Below, piece by piece: positions 54,012 to 64,000 of a stretch of 64,000 nt of DNA. Location: positions 672,001 to 736,000 of the forward strand of contig CAWFAK010000017.1 in the NCBI GenBank assembly GCA_963813715.1, given 5' to 3'. The notes under the pieces are model-generated. The model saw only the letters and a list, made by a program, of their open reading frames with translations, ran no database searches and had not been told where the DNA came from. Source of the stretch: an uncultured Planctomycetaceae bacterium (GTDB taxonomy: Bacteria; Planctomycetota; Planctomycetia; Planctomycetales; Planctomycetaceae). A program made the position numbers and the translations under genes. The stretch's first letter is position 1. Every line of letters starts with the position of its first letter.

Positions 54012-54422
54012 TCATCTTAGCGGGGCTCGACTCTCGCCCATTTGGCTTAATCCTTCCCATGGCCGCCCGCTCCAGTATCGCAGCTCGATGATCTCACCGT
54101 CCTGCGGGTAGGCTATGGCACTAGTCGGATCCTCCGACACCCAAACATCATCGACCCTGCCAGGCACGCCCCATACCGCGATGACCGATTTGTCGCTGAG
54201 TAGGTCGTTGACGAACTGTCGCACCGCGTCGGCCGCCGGCAATCCTGACAAGGCGGCGAGGATTTCGGCATGAGTGTGCCAGGGGTATCCGTCGAAGCCC
54301 AGCGCTGTGTCGCCGCTGGCGTCCACAACCACGAGGAACCGCAAGCGGCCGTCGGGGCTGACGTGCTCTTCGACGGTCTGCACGGCGACCTCGGGTACGA
54401 TCCATTCTTCGTTGTCGCTCAT
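54012..54422 (-). CDS. Hypothetical protein
   Basis: 136-aa ORF with ATG start and coding-like composition. Confidence 0.6.
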   Translation of the reverse strand: MSDNEEWIVPEVAVQTVEEHVSPDGRLRFLVVVDASGDTALGFDGYPWHTHAEILAALSGLPAADAVRQFVNDLLSDKSVIAVWGVPGRVDDVWVSEDPTSAIAYPQDGEIIELRYWSGRPWEGLSQMGESRAPLR

Positions 54423-54803
54423 GCCATCACCCTAGTCCGTGATAGTGTCCGGACCGGATTCAGACTTCGTCTTAAACCGCATCTGCAGCGCCTCTTAATT
54501 CCGGTCTAAATTTAAATTGTGAAGATGAGACCGGACAGGACCTGACTCGACGTTTCGTGCTCACCATTGAGCTCATTAGGGGGCTTGGGGTCGAGCCGTG
54601 TGACGTACCCACCGGTCCGCGACCGCCGGTTCTCCTGTCCAAATGACGGGATTATGCCGTTGAAAAAGCACAACGTGTCCGCGAAAAAACGGCCGGACTC
54701 CACTACGGATTGGGCGTGAGGAAGCGCCCTGACGGAAATCCGCCCCTTGGTGGTGGGATCTGTGTATGGTGCAGATCCATTTCCAACCACACGGAGCGGA
54801 TCA

Positions 54804-55936
54804 ATGGCAACGACGAAGCTGCGGGCAATTCAATGTGTACATTGCGGGAAGCAATTCAGCTACGTCCACGAGGAACCGGAAAGCCCGTTCTATATGAATG
54901 TCGGCTGGCTTGCTCTGTGCGACTGTGGAGGACGAACGGCAGTCCACGGGACGATCAAGAAAACGAACTTCGAATTTAGCGCCGTGTCTGGACTTGATCG
55001 GGGCCTTTATGTGAATGCAGAAATTGAATCCCCGCGGCTCAGATCCGTCTATCGCACCTTCATCAGGAACATGGATCAAGTGATCGCTTTTGGAAGGCTC
55101 CCCCACTTGTTCAAGCTACATTACGAATCATTTCTGCCCGTCTTTCAGATTACGGATCAGAGAATTATTGCGGACTCGGGCCTGATGGTGCGGTCGCAAA
55201 TTGGGCTTCCGATTGACCCGACAGTGATTGATCCGGACCTTAAGTATGTGATGTGTCGCGGCATGCGCAATGGATTGGCGGGACTGTTGTCGTCAATGAT
55301 CACCGGCACTTGGACGGCCTTTGAAACTTTGTCCGGGGACTTGTGGGAGGCGGCATTAAATACCGCTCCCACGAAGCTACGCTCTTGCCCGGCAGGCCAA
55401 ACAGGATCGAACGGAAGACCGGCTCGCGCTCAACCAAACAGCAAGATCCCGTCGGCCAGGCCAACGCCGAACAAAAACCTGAGGAAAAGACCGAGGAAGA
55501 TGCCCCGCCGGATAGAGCGGTTTCTCTTCGCTCGATGAGTCGCGCGAGCCGTGGCAAATTCAATCTTCGGCATCTGATGGGGACGGTTCAGCGAGAGCAA
55601 CTTGAATTGGACTCACTAAAAGGAATTCGAGAAGCCTACAGCAGGGCTTTTGATAAGCCCTTTGAGAAGGATATCGACGAATCTCTGGCTGATCGGGATC
55701 TTGACACGCTTCAAGCCGTGAGGAACCTGCTGGTTCATAGGGCCGGTGTTGCCGACCAAAAGTATTTAGATCGCAAAGATAAGTTTCCAGCGCTGCCGCG
55801 CCTCGCGAAAGGCGATCGCCTCAAACTGACGGGGGCATTTGCTGCTGATCGCATACTGCCCGTGATGAGGATTGCACCAAAGCTCGCCGTAGCAGTCGAT
55901 CGTCGCGTGCGACGGGAGGGCGCGGCCGGTGACTGA
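54804..55936 (+). CDS. Zn-ribbon + HEPN-like protein, frameshift near 55380
   Basis: CVHCG...CDCG; WTAFE helix; R-x4-H motif (VRNLLVHRAG) in ORF 55343-55936. Confidence 0.7.
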
Positions 55937-56111
55937 GAAATTAGAGATCAAGTGCGATTGGTGCGACGGCCAAGGACGGATCGATGCCGGGGACAACAGG
56001 CCGTATGAGTGTCCGGTGTGCCAAGGATCGGGGTTTGAGCCGACCGCAGATGGAGAGAAAACTCTCGCGCTCGTGCGTCACAACTTTCGCCCGATGTTTG
56101 GACGGAGGTAG
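55929..56111 (+). CDS. Anti-TRAP-like / DnaJ-type zinc finger protein
   Basis: LEIKCDWCDGQG...CPVCQGSG..PTADGEKTLALV; GTG start overlaps upstream stop. Confidence 0.7.
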   Translation: MTEKLEIKCDWCDGQGRIDAGDNRPYECPVCQGSGFEPTADGEKTLALVRHNFRPMFGRR

Positions 56112-57050
56112 AACCGTGACGATTAGTCCTAGGTCAGTCCCGTAAGCATTCGTTTATGGACAGGCTGGCGCCGAGCCGGTTCGCGCTTCCTCCATTGTCA
56201 CCGGCATAATCCCGCCAAATGAAAGTGTCCGGACCGGATTCAGACTTCGTCGTAAACCGCATCCGCTGTGTCCTTTAACTCCGGTCTAAATGGGAATTGT
56301 GAAGATGAGACCGGACCAGACCTGACTCGACGCTTTGTGCTCAAAGTCGAGCCCGCTCGGGATGGCTTGGATCGGGGCTGGCGGGTTCGCCCCCAAGGTC
56401 CGCAACGCCCGGTCTTCGTGTGCAAAAGAAAGTGTCCGGACCGGATTCAGACTTCGTCGTAAACCATATCCGCTGCGTCGCTTAACCCCGGTCTAAATCC
56501 GAATTGTGAAGATGAGACCGGACCGGACCTGACTCGCAGTTTTGTGCCCACAGTCGGGAGCCCAACCCGGGGGCCGGCTCGGGGGGCGACCCTTCAGGCT
56601 CGCTCACCGGGTCCGACCGCGGGTCTTCGGGTGCATATAAAAGTGTCCGGACCGGACGTGTCGCATCAGATGACCGAATGGACGGCGATCACCGAATGGA
56701 TTACGTCCCAAAAACTCCGTCGGTGCTCCACCGAGCGGCCCGTTGCGGCGATTTCATCCCCGGCGCAAGCCGATCTCGGCCGTCACGACGGGGCCAAATT
56801 CCATTCTGCCACAATTCGTTAGCCAACCAAGATCGGATTTCTACGCCGTTCAGTTCTGTGCAGTTGCGGCCAGAATGCAGACGGGAGATTCGCCTGGGTT
56901 GCCAAAGTTCGGGATGCTCGAACAGACCGGCCCGACCAGGTCGCCGCCAGTTCCAACCCCGCTTCCGGACGCGCGGAAATCGCATATTTCTTTCGCGCCG
57001 CGACGCGGTTAGGATCGGAGCGAATATTCGGAACTCAAGTGGCCGGGCCG

Positions 57051-57758
57051 ATGACCGACGAACTCCGCGTCTTGTGTCCCCACTGCGTGTCGCGGATCCG
57101 CGTGGCCACTCCGCGGATCCTGGGCAAGACGGTCCGCTGCCCCAAGTGCGAGGAGCCCTTCGTGGCGGCTACCGACGCGCCGATTCGCGCGGGCAGCCCC
57201 AGCCAGACCGCCCGCGTGACTCGCAGCTCCAGCCAAGCTGTCGCCCCGATTGACGACGAGTACGGAGCTCCCGCGAAGCCTCTCGGTGATCCGCGGAATC
57301 CCCCCAAGCGACCGGCTGAAACGCCCTCGCCCGAGCCGGCTACGGTCGAAAAGAAGCCTCGCAAGAAGAAGCGGAAGAAATCGCGCGACGTACCGGAGCC
57401 CTCCGGACTCCGGATGTTTTGCTTCGGCTTCATCGGCGGATCGATTGGCGGCATTGCCTGGGTCGGCTTTGCGTACGCTCTGCACGTCCACCTGGGCATC
57501 ATTGCCATCCTGGTCGGCGTGCTGACCGGCGTCGGCGTGCAGACCGGAAACAGCGGTGCTGACGATCACGGCCCCGGCGAGATCGCCGTCTTCACGGCGT
57601 TTGCCGTCATCGTGACGTGCAAATTCCTGGTGGCCTGCCTGCTGGAGCAAAGGTTCCTCGGCATCGAAGTGCTCCAGGCGTTCACACCGTACGACATCAT
57701 CTGGTGCGCGATCGCCGGCCGTTGGGCTTATCGAACGGCGTCCGGGGGGCTGTTTTAG
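57051..57758 (+). CDS. MJ0042-type Zn-ribbon membrane protein
   Basis: CPHC...GKTVRCPKC, low-complexity linker, KKKRKK, four TM helices. Confidence 0.75.
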   Translation: MTDELRVLCPHCVSRIRVATPRILGKTVRCPKCEEPFVAATDAPIRAGSPSQTARVTRSSSQAVAPIDDEYGAPAKPLGDPRNPPKRPAETPSPEPATVEKKPRKKKRKKSRDVPEPSGLRMFCFGFIGGSIGGIAWVGFAYALHVHLGIIAILVGVLTGVGVQTGNSGADDHGPGEIAVFTAFAVIVTCKFLVACLLEQRFLGIEVLQAFTPYDIIWCAIAGRWAYRTASGGLF

Positions 57759-57764
57759 CCGCTA

Positions 57765-58868
57765 CTACGGGGTGGCGTGTTCCGTTTCTTGCAGCAGCTC
57801 GGCGAGATAGTTTTTCCACACGGCGGCCAGAGTGTGCGTGCCGTGGCCGCGGGTCTGGTCGCTGAGCGGAATGACGATGGCTTTGCCGTGCTTCACGCGG
57901 GCGATCTCCCGTTCCAGAATTCCCAGTTCGGGGGGATTGATCAGGTCGTCGGCCGTGTTGATCGCCAGCAGGGGCGCCTGGATCTTCTCCAGGTCGGGAC
58001 CGGGGTCGTAATCGCTCGACGCATCCAGCGCGTACAGGGTGTTGTTGGCGTCCATCGTGCCGAGCGTCCGCGCAATGAACTGATCGATGGCCGCGTCCGC
58101 CTTCTCGCGCGTCGGCATCTCCTTTTGACGCTGGACGGGGTTGCTGCTCATGAACATCAGCATGAAGGCGGCCGTTCGCAGCCCGGGGGGCTGAGACGTG
58201 TATTCGCCGTTCTTCCACTCGGGGTCGTTGCGGATGGCATCGATGATGGCCCGCCGCCAGATGCGATTGCGTCCCGAGATCTGCGTGGGCAAGCTCGCGA
58301 GCGGCAGCAAAGCATCCATAAAGTCGGGATACTGTTCGCCCCAGAGCCAGGTGTGCATGCCGCCCATCGACGTGCCCATCACCAGCCGCAGGTGATTGAC
58401 CTTGAGCCCCTCGGTCAGCAGCCGATAGTCGGCCGCCACCATGTCGCGGTAGCCGTAATGGGGAAAACGAGCGTGCAAGCCCTCGCTCGGCCGACTCGAA
58501 CGTCCGTGGCCGATGCCGTCGGGCAGAATGAGATAGTAGCGCGTAGCGTCCAGGAGCTGCCCCTTGCCGAAGAGCTGCCCGGCAAATTCCGGACGCAGAA
58601 AGTTGCCCCCTTCGCCCGTCGTTCCGTGCATGATGAGCACCGCATTGCGAACGACGCCTTGGCCGTCGCGTGCGGGCGTGCCCAGCGTGCGATAATGCAA
58701 GCGCAGCTCGGGCAGCGTTTCGCCCGACGCGAAATGAAAGTCGCGAATCACAAAGTCGCCGGCCTGTGGGGCCGGGTGATCGTCAGCGCGCGATGGCGTG
58801 CCGCCGCGTGACACCGACAGACTGAGGATAACGATCGTCGCGACGGTACGCTTCATTGTCCGCTTCAT
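57765..58868 (-). CDS. Secreted homoserine O-acetyltransferase-like alpha/beta hydrolase
   Basis: SGETLPELRLHYRTLG, GTSMGG, ADDLINPP, GHGTH; signal peptide. Confidence 0.85.
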   Translation of the reverse strand: MKRTMKRTVATIVILSLSVSRGGTPSRADDHPAPQAGDFVIRDFHFASGETLPELRLHYRTLGTPARDGQGVVRNAVLIMHGTTGEGGNFLRPEFAGQLFGKGQLLDATRYYLILPDGIGHGRSSRPSEGLHARFPHYGYRDMVAADYRLLTEGLKVNHLRLVMGTSMGGMHTWLWGEQYPDFMDALLPLASLPTQISGRNRIWRRAIIDAIRNDPEWKNGEYTSQPPGLRTAAFMLMFMSSNPVQRQKEMPTREKADAAIDQFIARTLGTMDANNTLYALDASSDYDPGPDLEKIQAPLLAINTADDLINPPELGILEREIARVKHGKAIVIPLSDQTRGHGTHTLAAVWKNYLAELLQETEHATP

Positions 58869-58993
58869 GTGATGCCTCGCGCGGGCCCTGGAATGATTGT
58901 GATCCGCAGGATACTGTTGGGGCGACTGGTGAGGCATCTGTGATACCGTACGGCTGGCTCGCGAAAATCGCTAAGACACGATATCAAGAGATT

Positions 58994-60376
58994 ATGAACA
59001 CAATTCGGCTGTCAATCATCGCTGTCTCGGGAATTCTGTTGGCTGCGTTGGCGGGCCGCGCGAGTGCGGCGGATCAGCTCATGGATGCGGCGCGGAAGAT
59101 CGGCGCGGAGGCCACCGTGAACGGCAAGGCCTACGCCAACCTCAAGGAGTTGACGACGATCGGGCCGCGGCTCAGCGGTTCCGATGGGGCCGCGAAAGCC
59201 ATTGCGTGGGGCAAGCAGAAATTGGAATCGTACGGCCTCGATCGAGTCGTGCTGCAGCCGGCGATGGTGCCGCACTGGACTCGCGGCGACCGGGAAGAGG
59301 CGACGATCGTCTCGGCCACCAAACCAACATCCCTGAAAGTGGCGGCACTCGGCCCCAGCGTCGGCACGCCCAAAGAGGGAGTACAGGCGGGCGTCGTCGA
59401 AGTGCACGGGCTGGACGAGGTCGAAAAGCTCGGCTCGGCTGTCCGCGGAAAGATCGTCTTCTACAACCGGCCGATGACCTATGGGGGTCGCGGCGCGTAC
59501 GGATCGTATGGCCGGACTGTCGACCAGCGCTATCGCGGTGCGGCGGTCGCCGCGCGTCAGGGAGCGGTGGCCGTGCTCGTCCGCTCGATGACCGCCATGC
59601 CGGATGACGACCACCCGCACACGGGCATGCTCCGCTACGAAAATGGCGTCCCCATGATTCCGGCCGCCGCCCTCAGCACGCATGCCGCGAACGAACTGTC
59701 GGCGCAGCTGAAAACCGATCCCAAGCTCACCGTGAACCTCAAGCTGAGCGCGGCCCAGCATCCGGACGTCTCCTCTTATAATGTCATCGGCGAGCTGACG
59801 GGCCGCGACCTGCCGCAGGAATACGTGGTGGTCGGCGGTCATCTCGATTCGTGGGACCTGGCGACCGGCGCGCACGACGACGGCACCGGCGTGGTTCAGT
59901 CGATCGAAGTTGTGCGCGCACTGAAAGCTCTCGGATTGCGACCGCGACGCACGGTCCGCGTCGTGCTCTTTATGGCGGAGGAATTTGGAGGTCTCGGCGC
60001 GAAGGAATACGCGGACCAGGCGAAAGCGAAAGGCGAAAAACACTACGCGGCCATCGAGTCCGACAGCGGCGGTTTCGCGCCGCTCGGCTTCGGCGTCTCC
60101 GGCAGCGAACAACAAGTGGCGACGGTGAAGAGCTGGGCCCCGTATCTCGGCCTGTTCCATGCCGACGCGATCAAAAAAGGGGGCGGTGGCACGGACATCG
60201 AGCCCCTCGCTCCGCTGGGCGCCGTCACGATCGGCTACATCCCCGACGCGAGCCACTACTTCGACTTCCACCACTCGGCCCGGGATCGCATCGAGGCGGT
60301 GAACATCGAGGAACTTCAAAACGGCGCCGCGGCCATGGCGACGCTCGCGTACTTCATTGCGGAAAAAGGGCTCTGA
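58994..60376 (+). CDS. M28-family peptidase (carboxypeptidase Q-like)
   Basis: IGPRLSGS, GGHLDSWD, GAHDDG, AEEFG, ESDSG, YFDFHHS; signal peptide. Confidence 0.92.
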   Translation: MNTIRLSIIAVSGILLAALAGRASAADQLMDAARKIGAEATVNGKAYANLKELTTIGPRLSGSDGAAKAIAWGKQKLESYGLDRVVLQPAMVPHWTRGDREEATIVSATKPTSLKVAALGPSVGTPKEGVQAGVVEVHGLDEVEKLGSAVRGKIVFYNRPMTYGGRGAYGSYGRTVDQRYRGAAVAARQGAVAVLVRSMTAMPDDDHPHTGMLRYENGVPMIPAAALSTHAANELSAQLKTDPKLTVNLKLSAAQHPDVSSYNVIGELTGRDLPQEYVVVGGHLDSWDLATGAHDDGTGVVQSIEVVRALKALGLRPRRTVRVVLFMAEEFGGLGAKEYADQAKAKGEKHYAAIESDSGGFAPLGFGVSGSEQQVATVKSWAPYLGLFHADAIKKGGGGTDIEPLAPLGAVTIGYIPDASHYFDFHHSARDRIEAVNIEELQNGAAAMATLAYFIAEKGL

Positions 60377-60420
60377 CGGGACTCGACGACGTCCTCCTGC
60401 CCTACGGCTTAGCGCGCCCA

Positions 60421-60831
60421 ATGAAAGAGTCGGCAATTCTCGCGCGGCTGCGACCAATGTGCCTGGGCTTGCCCGAGGTGCGAGAGACCGTCAAGTGGGG
60501 ACATCCCACCTTCGAGGCCGGTAAGAAGATCTTCGCGGTGCTCGACCGCTACGAAGGGCGGCCGTGCCTTGCGTTTCGCGCACCGCTCGAAAAAGTTGAC
60601 GAGCTGCTGACCGACAGCCGTTTCACAGAAGCCCCTTACGCGGCTCGGTTCGGTTGGGTCTGCCTCGACGTGAGCGAGCAGATTGATTGGGCGGAGGTCG
60701 AGCGGTTGGTGGCCGACAGCTACCGCCTCGTCGCCCTCAAACGCATGCTGGCGGTGCTTGCCGCCCGCGAACCTGCGGCGACGACCTCGCTGCCGCGGCT
60801 TTCGCAGAAAAGACCGAAGCGCGCCCGCTAA
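60421..60831 (+). CDS. MmcQ/YjbR family protein
   Basis: LPEVRETVKWGHPTF..GKKIFA, GWV, SYRLVA. Confidence 0.88.
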   Translation: MKESAILARLRPMCLGLPEVRETVKWGHPTFEAGKKIFAVLDRYEGRPCLAFRAPLEKVDELLTDSRFTEAPYAARFGWVCLDVSEQIDWAEVERLVADSYRLVALKRMLAVLAAREPAATTSLPRLSQKRPKRAR

Positions 60832-61676
60832 TCGAGGACTCGCGTGCGGGGAATCTTGATTCGCAACTCTCCGGTGCCTTCGCAGGCCACGGCCGGCAGC
60901 GACAGCTTGAGATACTTGACGTACGTACCGGGCGGGTCGAAGACCAGGATGTCCACCAGCGATCCGGCGGGCTTGATCGTCGTGGAAGAAGTCTGACCGA
61001 CAATCTTCGATCGCCAAACGACTTGCTTGTGCGATTGACCCGTATCGTCCCGCATCCGGGCCGCGTGGTCATTCTTGTCCATGTCGTTGGCCCATCCCGT
61101 ATATTTCAGGTCCGCGCTGCCGAGGTTTTCGATCTTGAGGGCAATCTTGAGATAAGCGTTGGGCGTCTTCCGCGCCCCGTTCATGTTGACCGGGATGACT
61201 TCGATCGGCTCGGTCGTCACCGACTGCGCGGTCACCCGCACTCGCTCGTTGCCGTCGGCCGTGCCGACTCCGTCCCACGGCTCAAGGTCGACGGGCTCTT
61301 GGGTCGCAATCGGACCCTCCTGAGGCTTGCTCAGCGCCCACTTCGCCGTCGCGACGCCAACGTAGGCCGCCACCATGAGCAGCGCGACGAACAGGATGCG
61401 GATCGGACGCTCCGCCATCCAATCGAGCGAGCCCGAAAGTTTTTCAATCGAGCGATACCAGGCTTCGCTGGGGGTGAGAGGGCCGACTGCGATCTCGTCG
61501 GGCCTAGAGTTTTTGCCCGCGTCCTCCGTCTCGTCCTCGCCCTCCTTGAGCATCGCCGTGGGTTTGGGCACGCGGACGGCGTTGCCGCAGGCGTTGCACT
61601 TCGTGATGCGTCCCGCGGCATAATTTGAGACGCGAAGGCGCTGGCCGCAAACGGGGCAATTGACATGGATCGGCAT
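60828..61676 (-). CDS. Zn-ribbon single-TM protein with Ig-like C-terminal domain
   Basis: CPVCG..CNACG, one TM, beta-rich C-terminus. Confidence 0.7.
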   Translation of the reverse strand: MPIHVNCPVCGQRLRVSNYAAGRITKCNACGNAVRVPKPTAMLKEGEDETEDAGKNSRPDEIAVGPLTPSEAWYRSIEKLSGSLDWMAERPIRILFVALLMVAAYVGVATAKWALSKPQEGPIATQEPVDLEPWDGVGTADGNERVRVTAQSVTTEPIEVIPVNMNGARKTPNAYLKIALKIENLGSADLKYTGWANDMDKNDHAARMRDDTGQSHKQVVWRSKIVGQTSSTTIKPAGSLVDILVFDPPGTYVKYLKLSLPAVACEGTGELRIKIPRTRVLD

Positions 61677-62032
61677 GGGGGTCGAATCCCTCGCGGATTG
61701 GTGGACGCGGCCCGCCGGTCAGACACAACTTGATCAGATACAACCTGAAACGAGCAATCCTTTTGTGCGCGAGCAATCGTCGCGCCCGGAACATGCGGGC
61801 GCTTGACGCCCCTCAGACGTCTCAGAGTGTTCGGCTCTTCAGGTCTGCAGAAGAACGATACTGGGCCGAGCAAAAAGGTCCAGCGCCGCGTCTTGTTAAT
61901 TTTTGCGGAAGAGCGCACGCGTCAATTCAGCGCGTGATCGGAGCGGAGTAATTTGGATTCCCCGAACTCGCCCCTGCCCCGCGGACTGTCATTCGCTGGC
62001 TTTATTCTGGGGCGGCCCGGCTGCGGTGCCCG

Positions 62033-63897
62033 ATGTCCGATTCGATGGCCAACACGACTTTGACGCACAGCACGCTGATGGCCAACGCGACGAGCCGCGT
62101 CGGTCGGGCAGACTGGATCGCGGCTCTCGTGCTGGCGGTCGTGCTCGGCCTCGTTTACGGCCGGGCGGCCCGCGCACCCTTCGTTCATGACGACAACACG
62201 TCGGTCCTTCATAATCCGTCGATCGTGCGGCTCTGGCCTCCGTTCGGAACGGTCGCCCAGCCTGGGCCATTGCGACCGCCCCGGGACGCCGTCACGTCGG
62301 GTCGCCCGTTGCTAAATCTGACACTGGCTCTCAACTATGCCGCCGGCGGTTACAACCCGGTCGGCTATCACCTGGTCAACCTGCTCATTCACATCGGCGC
62401 GGCGATTTTGCTTTATGGGATCGTGCGACGGACATTGCTGCTCGATCGTTTTCGCGAGCGGTTCGGATTTGCGGCGTCCCAGTTGGCGCTGTCGGTGGCT
62501 TTGGTGTGGGCGATTCACCCGTTGCAAACCGATGCCGTCGAATACGTTTCGCAGCGGACGGAATCGCTGATGGGTTTATTTTACTTGGCGACGCTCTACG
62601 CCAGCGTGCGGTATTTGACGGCCGAAACCGGGCACGCCCGGACCCTGGCCGCAGTGGGGGCGACAGTCGCCTGCTGGGCGGGGATGGCCTGCAAGGAGGT
62701 GATGGTCTCCGCGCCACTCTTGGTCTTGCTGTACGACCGGGCGTTCGTGTGCGGCTCGCTCCGCCGGACGGTCAAGCACGCGTGGCCGCTTTATGCGGGG
62801 TTGGCGAGCGGCTGGGTGTTTCTACTGATCCTGAATCTCGATTCACCGCGGTCGCAAGCGGCCGGGCTGCAGGCCGGCTTACCCGCTTACGTCTGGTGGT
62901 TCACCCAAGCGAAGGTCGCCCTGATTTACCTCAAGCTGTCATTCTGGCCCTGGCCTTTAATCATTCATCATGAAACCCCCATCCTTTGGACGCTCGCGTC
63001 AGCGTGGCCGTGGCTGGTCCCGGTGCTCATCGCCGCGGTCGTCACCTTCATCCTCGTGTGCCGGCGACACGCCGTCGGTTACCTGGGGGCCTGGTTCTTC
63101 ATCATTCTTTCACCAACTTTCGCAGTTCCCATGCCGTCAGAAGTCGTCGCCGAGCGGCGGATGTATTTGCCCCTGGCCGCCGTGGTCGTCTTCATCATCT
63201 TGGGCGCGTTCGCGGCGCTGACGCGTCGCAAATCCGCCGCCGACGCGTTCGCAACTCCGGCTGGATCGCGAATCTTCGCTCGCCGATCGGTGCTGATTGT
63301 TTCGTGCGGGCTGGCGCTGATTTTCGCTGTCGTCACCAGCGTTCGGCTGGATGCCTATCGCGATGTGATCTCGATCTGGCGGGACGCCGTCGCGCACCAG
63401 CCGGACAACGTCCGCGCGACGATCAACCTGGGTTGCGCTCTGGACGATGCCGGCCAACCTCAGGAGGCCATCGCACAGTTCGAGCGGCGCTCGAGATCGA
63501 TCCGACACGCCCGGATGTGGGGCTGGCCCACCGCAGCCTGGGACTGACGTGGGCCAAGCTCGGGCGACCGGACAAGGCCATTCACCATCTCGAACTGGCG
63601 ATGCGCCTGCGTCCCGACGTCGCCGACGATCACGGTGCGCTCGGCTCACTGCTGCTCTCAGTCCACCGTTTCCCCGCGGCCGCGGAGCAGCTCGAGCTGG
63701 CCGTGCGACAGCAACCGAGCGACGTCCTCGCGCACGCGAATCTGGCGACGGCCTACGCGAATCTCGGGCGGCAATCACAGGCGCTCGCTCAGGCCGAAGA
63801 AGCTCGCTCGCTCGCCCAGGCCCAGGGAGCGGGCGTTTGGCTGGAGCAGATCGACGCCTGGCTGCGCGGCTACCGCGGCCGGCTGTCGCAGCGTTGA
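62033..63897 (+). CDS. TMTC-like membrane glycosyltransferase/TPR protein, frameshift near 63490
   Basis: FVHDD, GRPL, HP...AV.YVSQR, CKE, AERRMYLP; TPRs continue in ORF 62986-63897. Confidence 0.85.
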
Positions 63898-63937
63898 TTC
63901 GCGACCAATCAGGCAAGGATTTACTGGCGAAACCGAG

Positions 63938-64000
63938 CTAGTTCGCGCTCGGCGAGTCCGGGCTTTCGCGGAAGCGGTAGCCCACGCCGCGCACCGTTTC
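63938..64000 (-). CDS. 3' end of OmpR/PhoB-family response regulator (truncated by window)
   Basis: Reverse strand reads ETVRGVGYRFRESPDSPSAN*. Confidence 0.85.
   Translation of the reverse strand, partial: ETVRGVGYRFRESPDSPSAN

Larger units (their letters stand above)
54647..56214. mobile_element. Non-autonomous cargo cassette (IS1595-like ends), 1,568 bp
   Basis: TIRs CGGGATTATGCCGTTGA (54647-54663) / TCACCGGCATAATCCCG (56198-56214), 16/17 match; 8-bp TSD CCAAATGA at 54639-54646 and 56215-56222; no transposase inside. Confidence 0.88.
54441..56656. repeat. Tandem array of ~205-bp degenerate repeats (3 units + partial 4th), interrupted by an insertion
   Basis: AGTGTCCGGACCGGATTCAGACTTCGTC...GGTCTAAAT...AATTGTGAAGATGAGACCGGAC...CCTGACTCG at ~54444, 56224, 56431; head only at ~56643. 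Confidence 0.9.

Noticed and set aside
54441..56656. CRISPR array
   Set aside because: Conserved blocks are ~115 nt, the intervening parts are homologous to each other rather than unique spacers, and there are no cas genes in the window

Overview
GC-rich bacterial window, very probably from a Planctomycete (three DUF1559 prepilin-like genes with partner lipoproteins, Zn-ribbon membrane proteins, sulfatase, ECF sigma factor). The backbone is housekeeping/accessory metabolism: aroC, yjbQ, larA-like, arylsulfatase, GH172-like, aroF, ABC permease-M1 peptidase fusion, a two-component/PP2C operon, BVMO, a speD-DUF4178-DUF350-speE-FAD oxidoreductase cluster, transporters, M28 peptidase and a TMTC-like TPR protein. 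About ten genes carry single-base frameshifts, which look like long-read indel errors. Two mobile hotspots stand out. (1) 4.86-12.0 kb holds an IS607-TnpA-like serine recombinase with an unusual C-terminal extension between 13-bp inverted repeats. Next to it is a 3,750-bp cargo transposon (6431-10180; GGCTTTGC ends, 10-bp TSD). It carries a SWIM-DDE transposase, an RHH regulator, a DUF3800 gene with a convergent, promoter-driven, twin-hairpin small RNA, and a 2TM + ferredoxin-like gene pair. An IS4 (10375-11885, 11-bp TSD) follows. The two TSD-bounded transposons hit equivalent TGTCCCGTCCC sites of a degenerate repeat. (2) 54.4-56.7 kb is a ~205-bp tandem repeat array. A transposase-less 1,568-bp cassette (17-bp TIRs, 8-bp TSD) has inserted into it, carrying a Zn-ribbon/HEPN gene and an anti-TRAP-like Zn finger. 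The three Cys-rich DUF1559 paralogues share a conserved promoter with a CRP-type site. All product calls are from motif recognition by eye; no database search was run.
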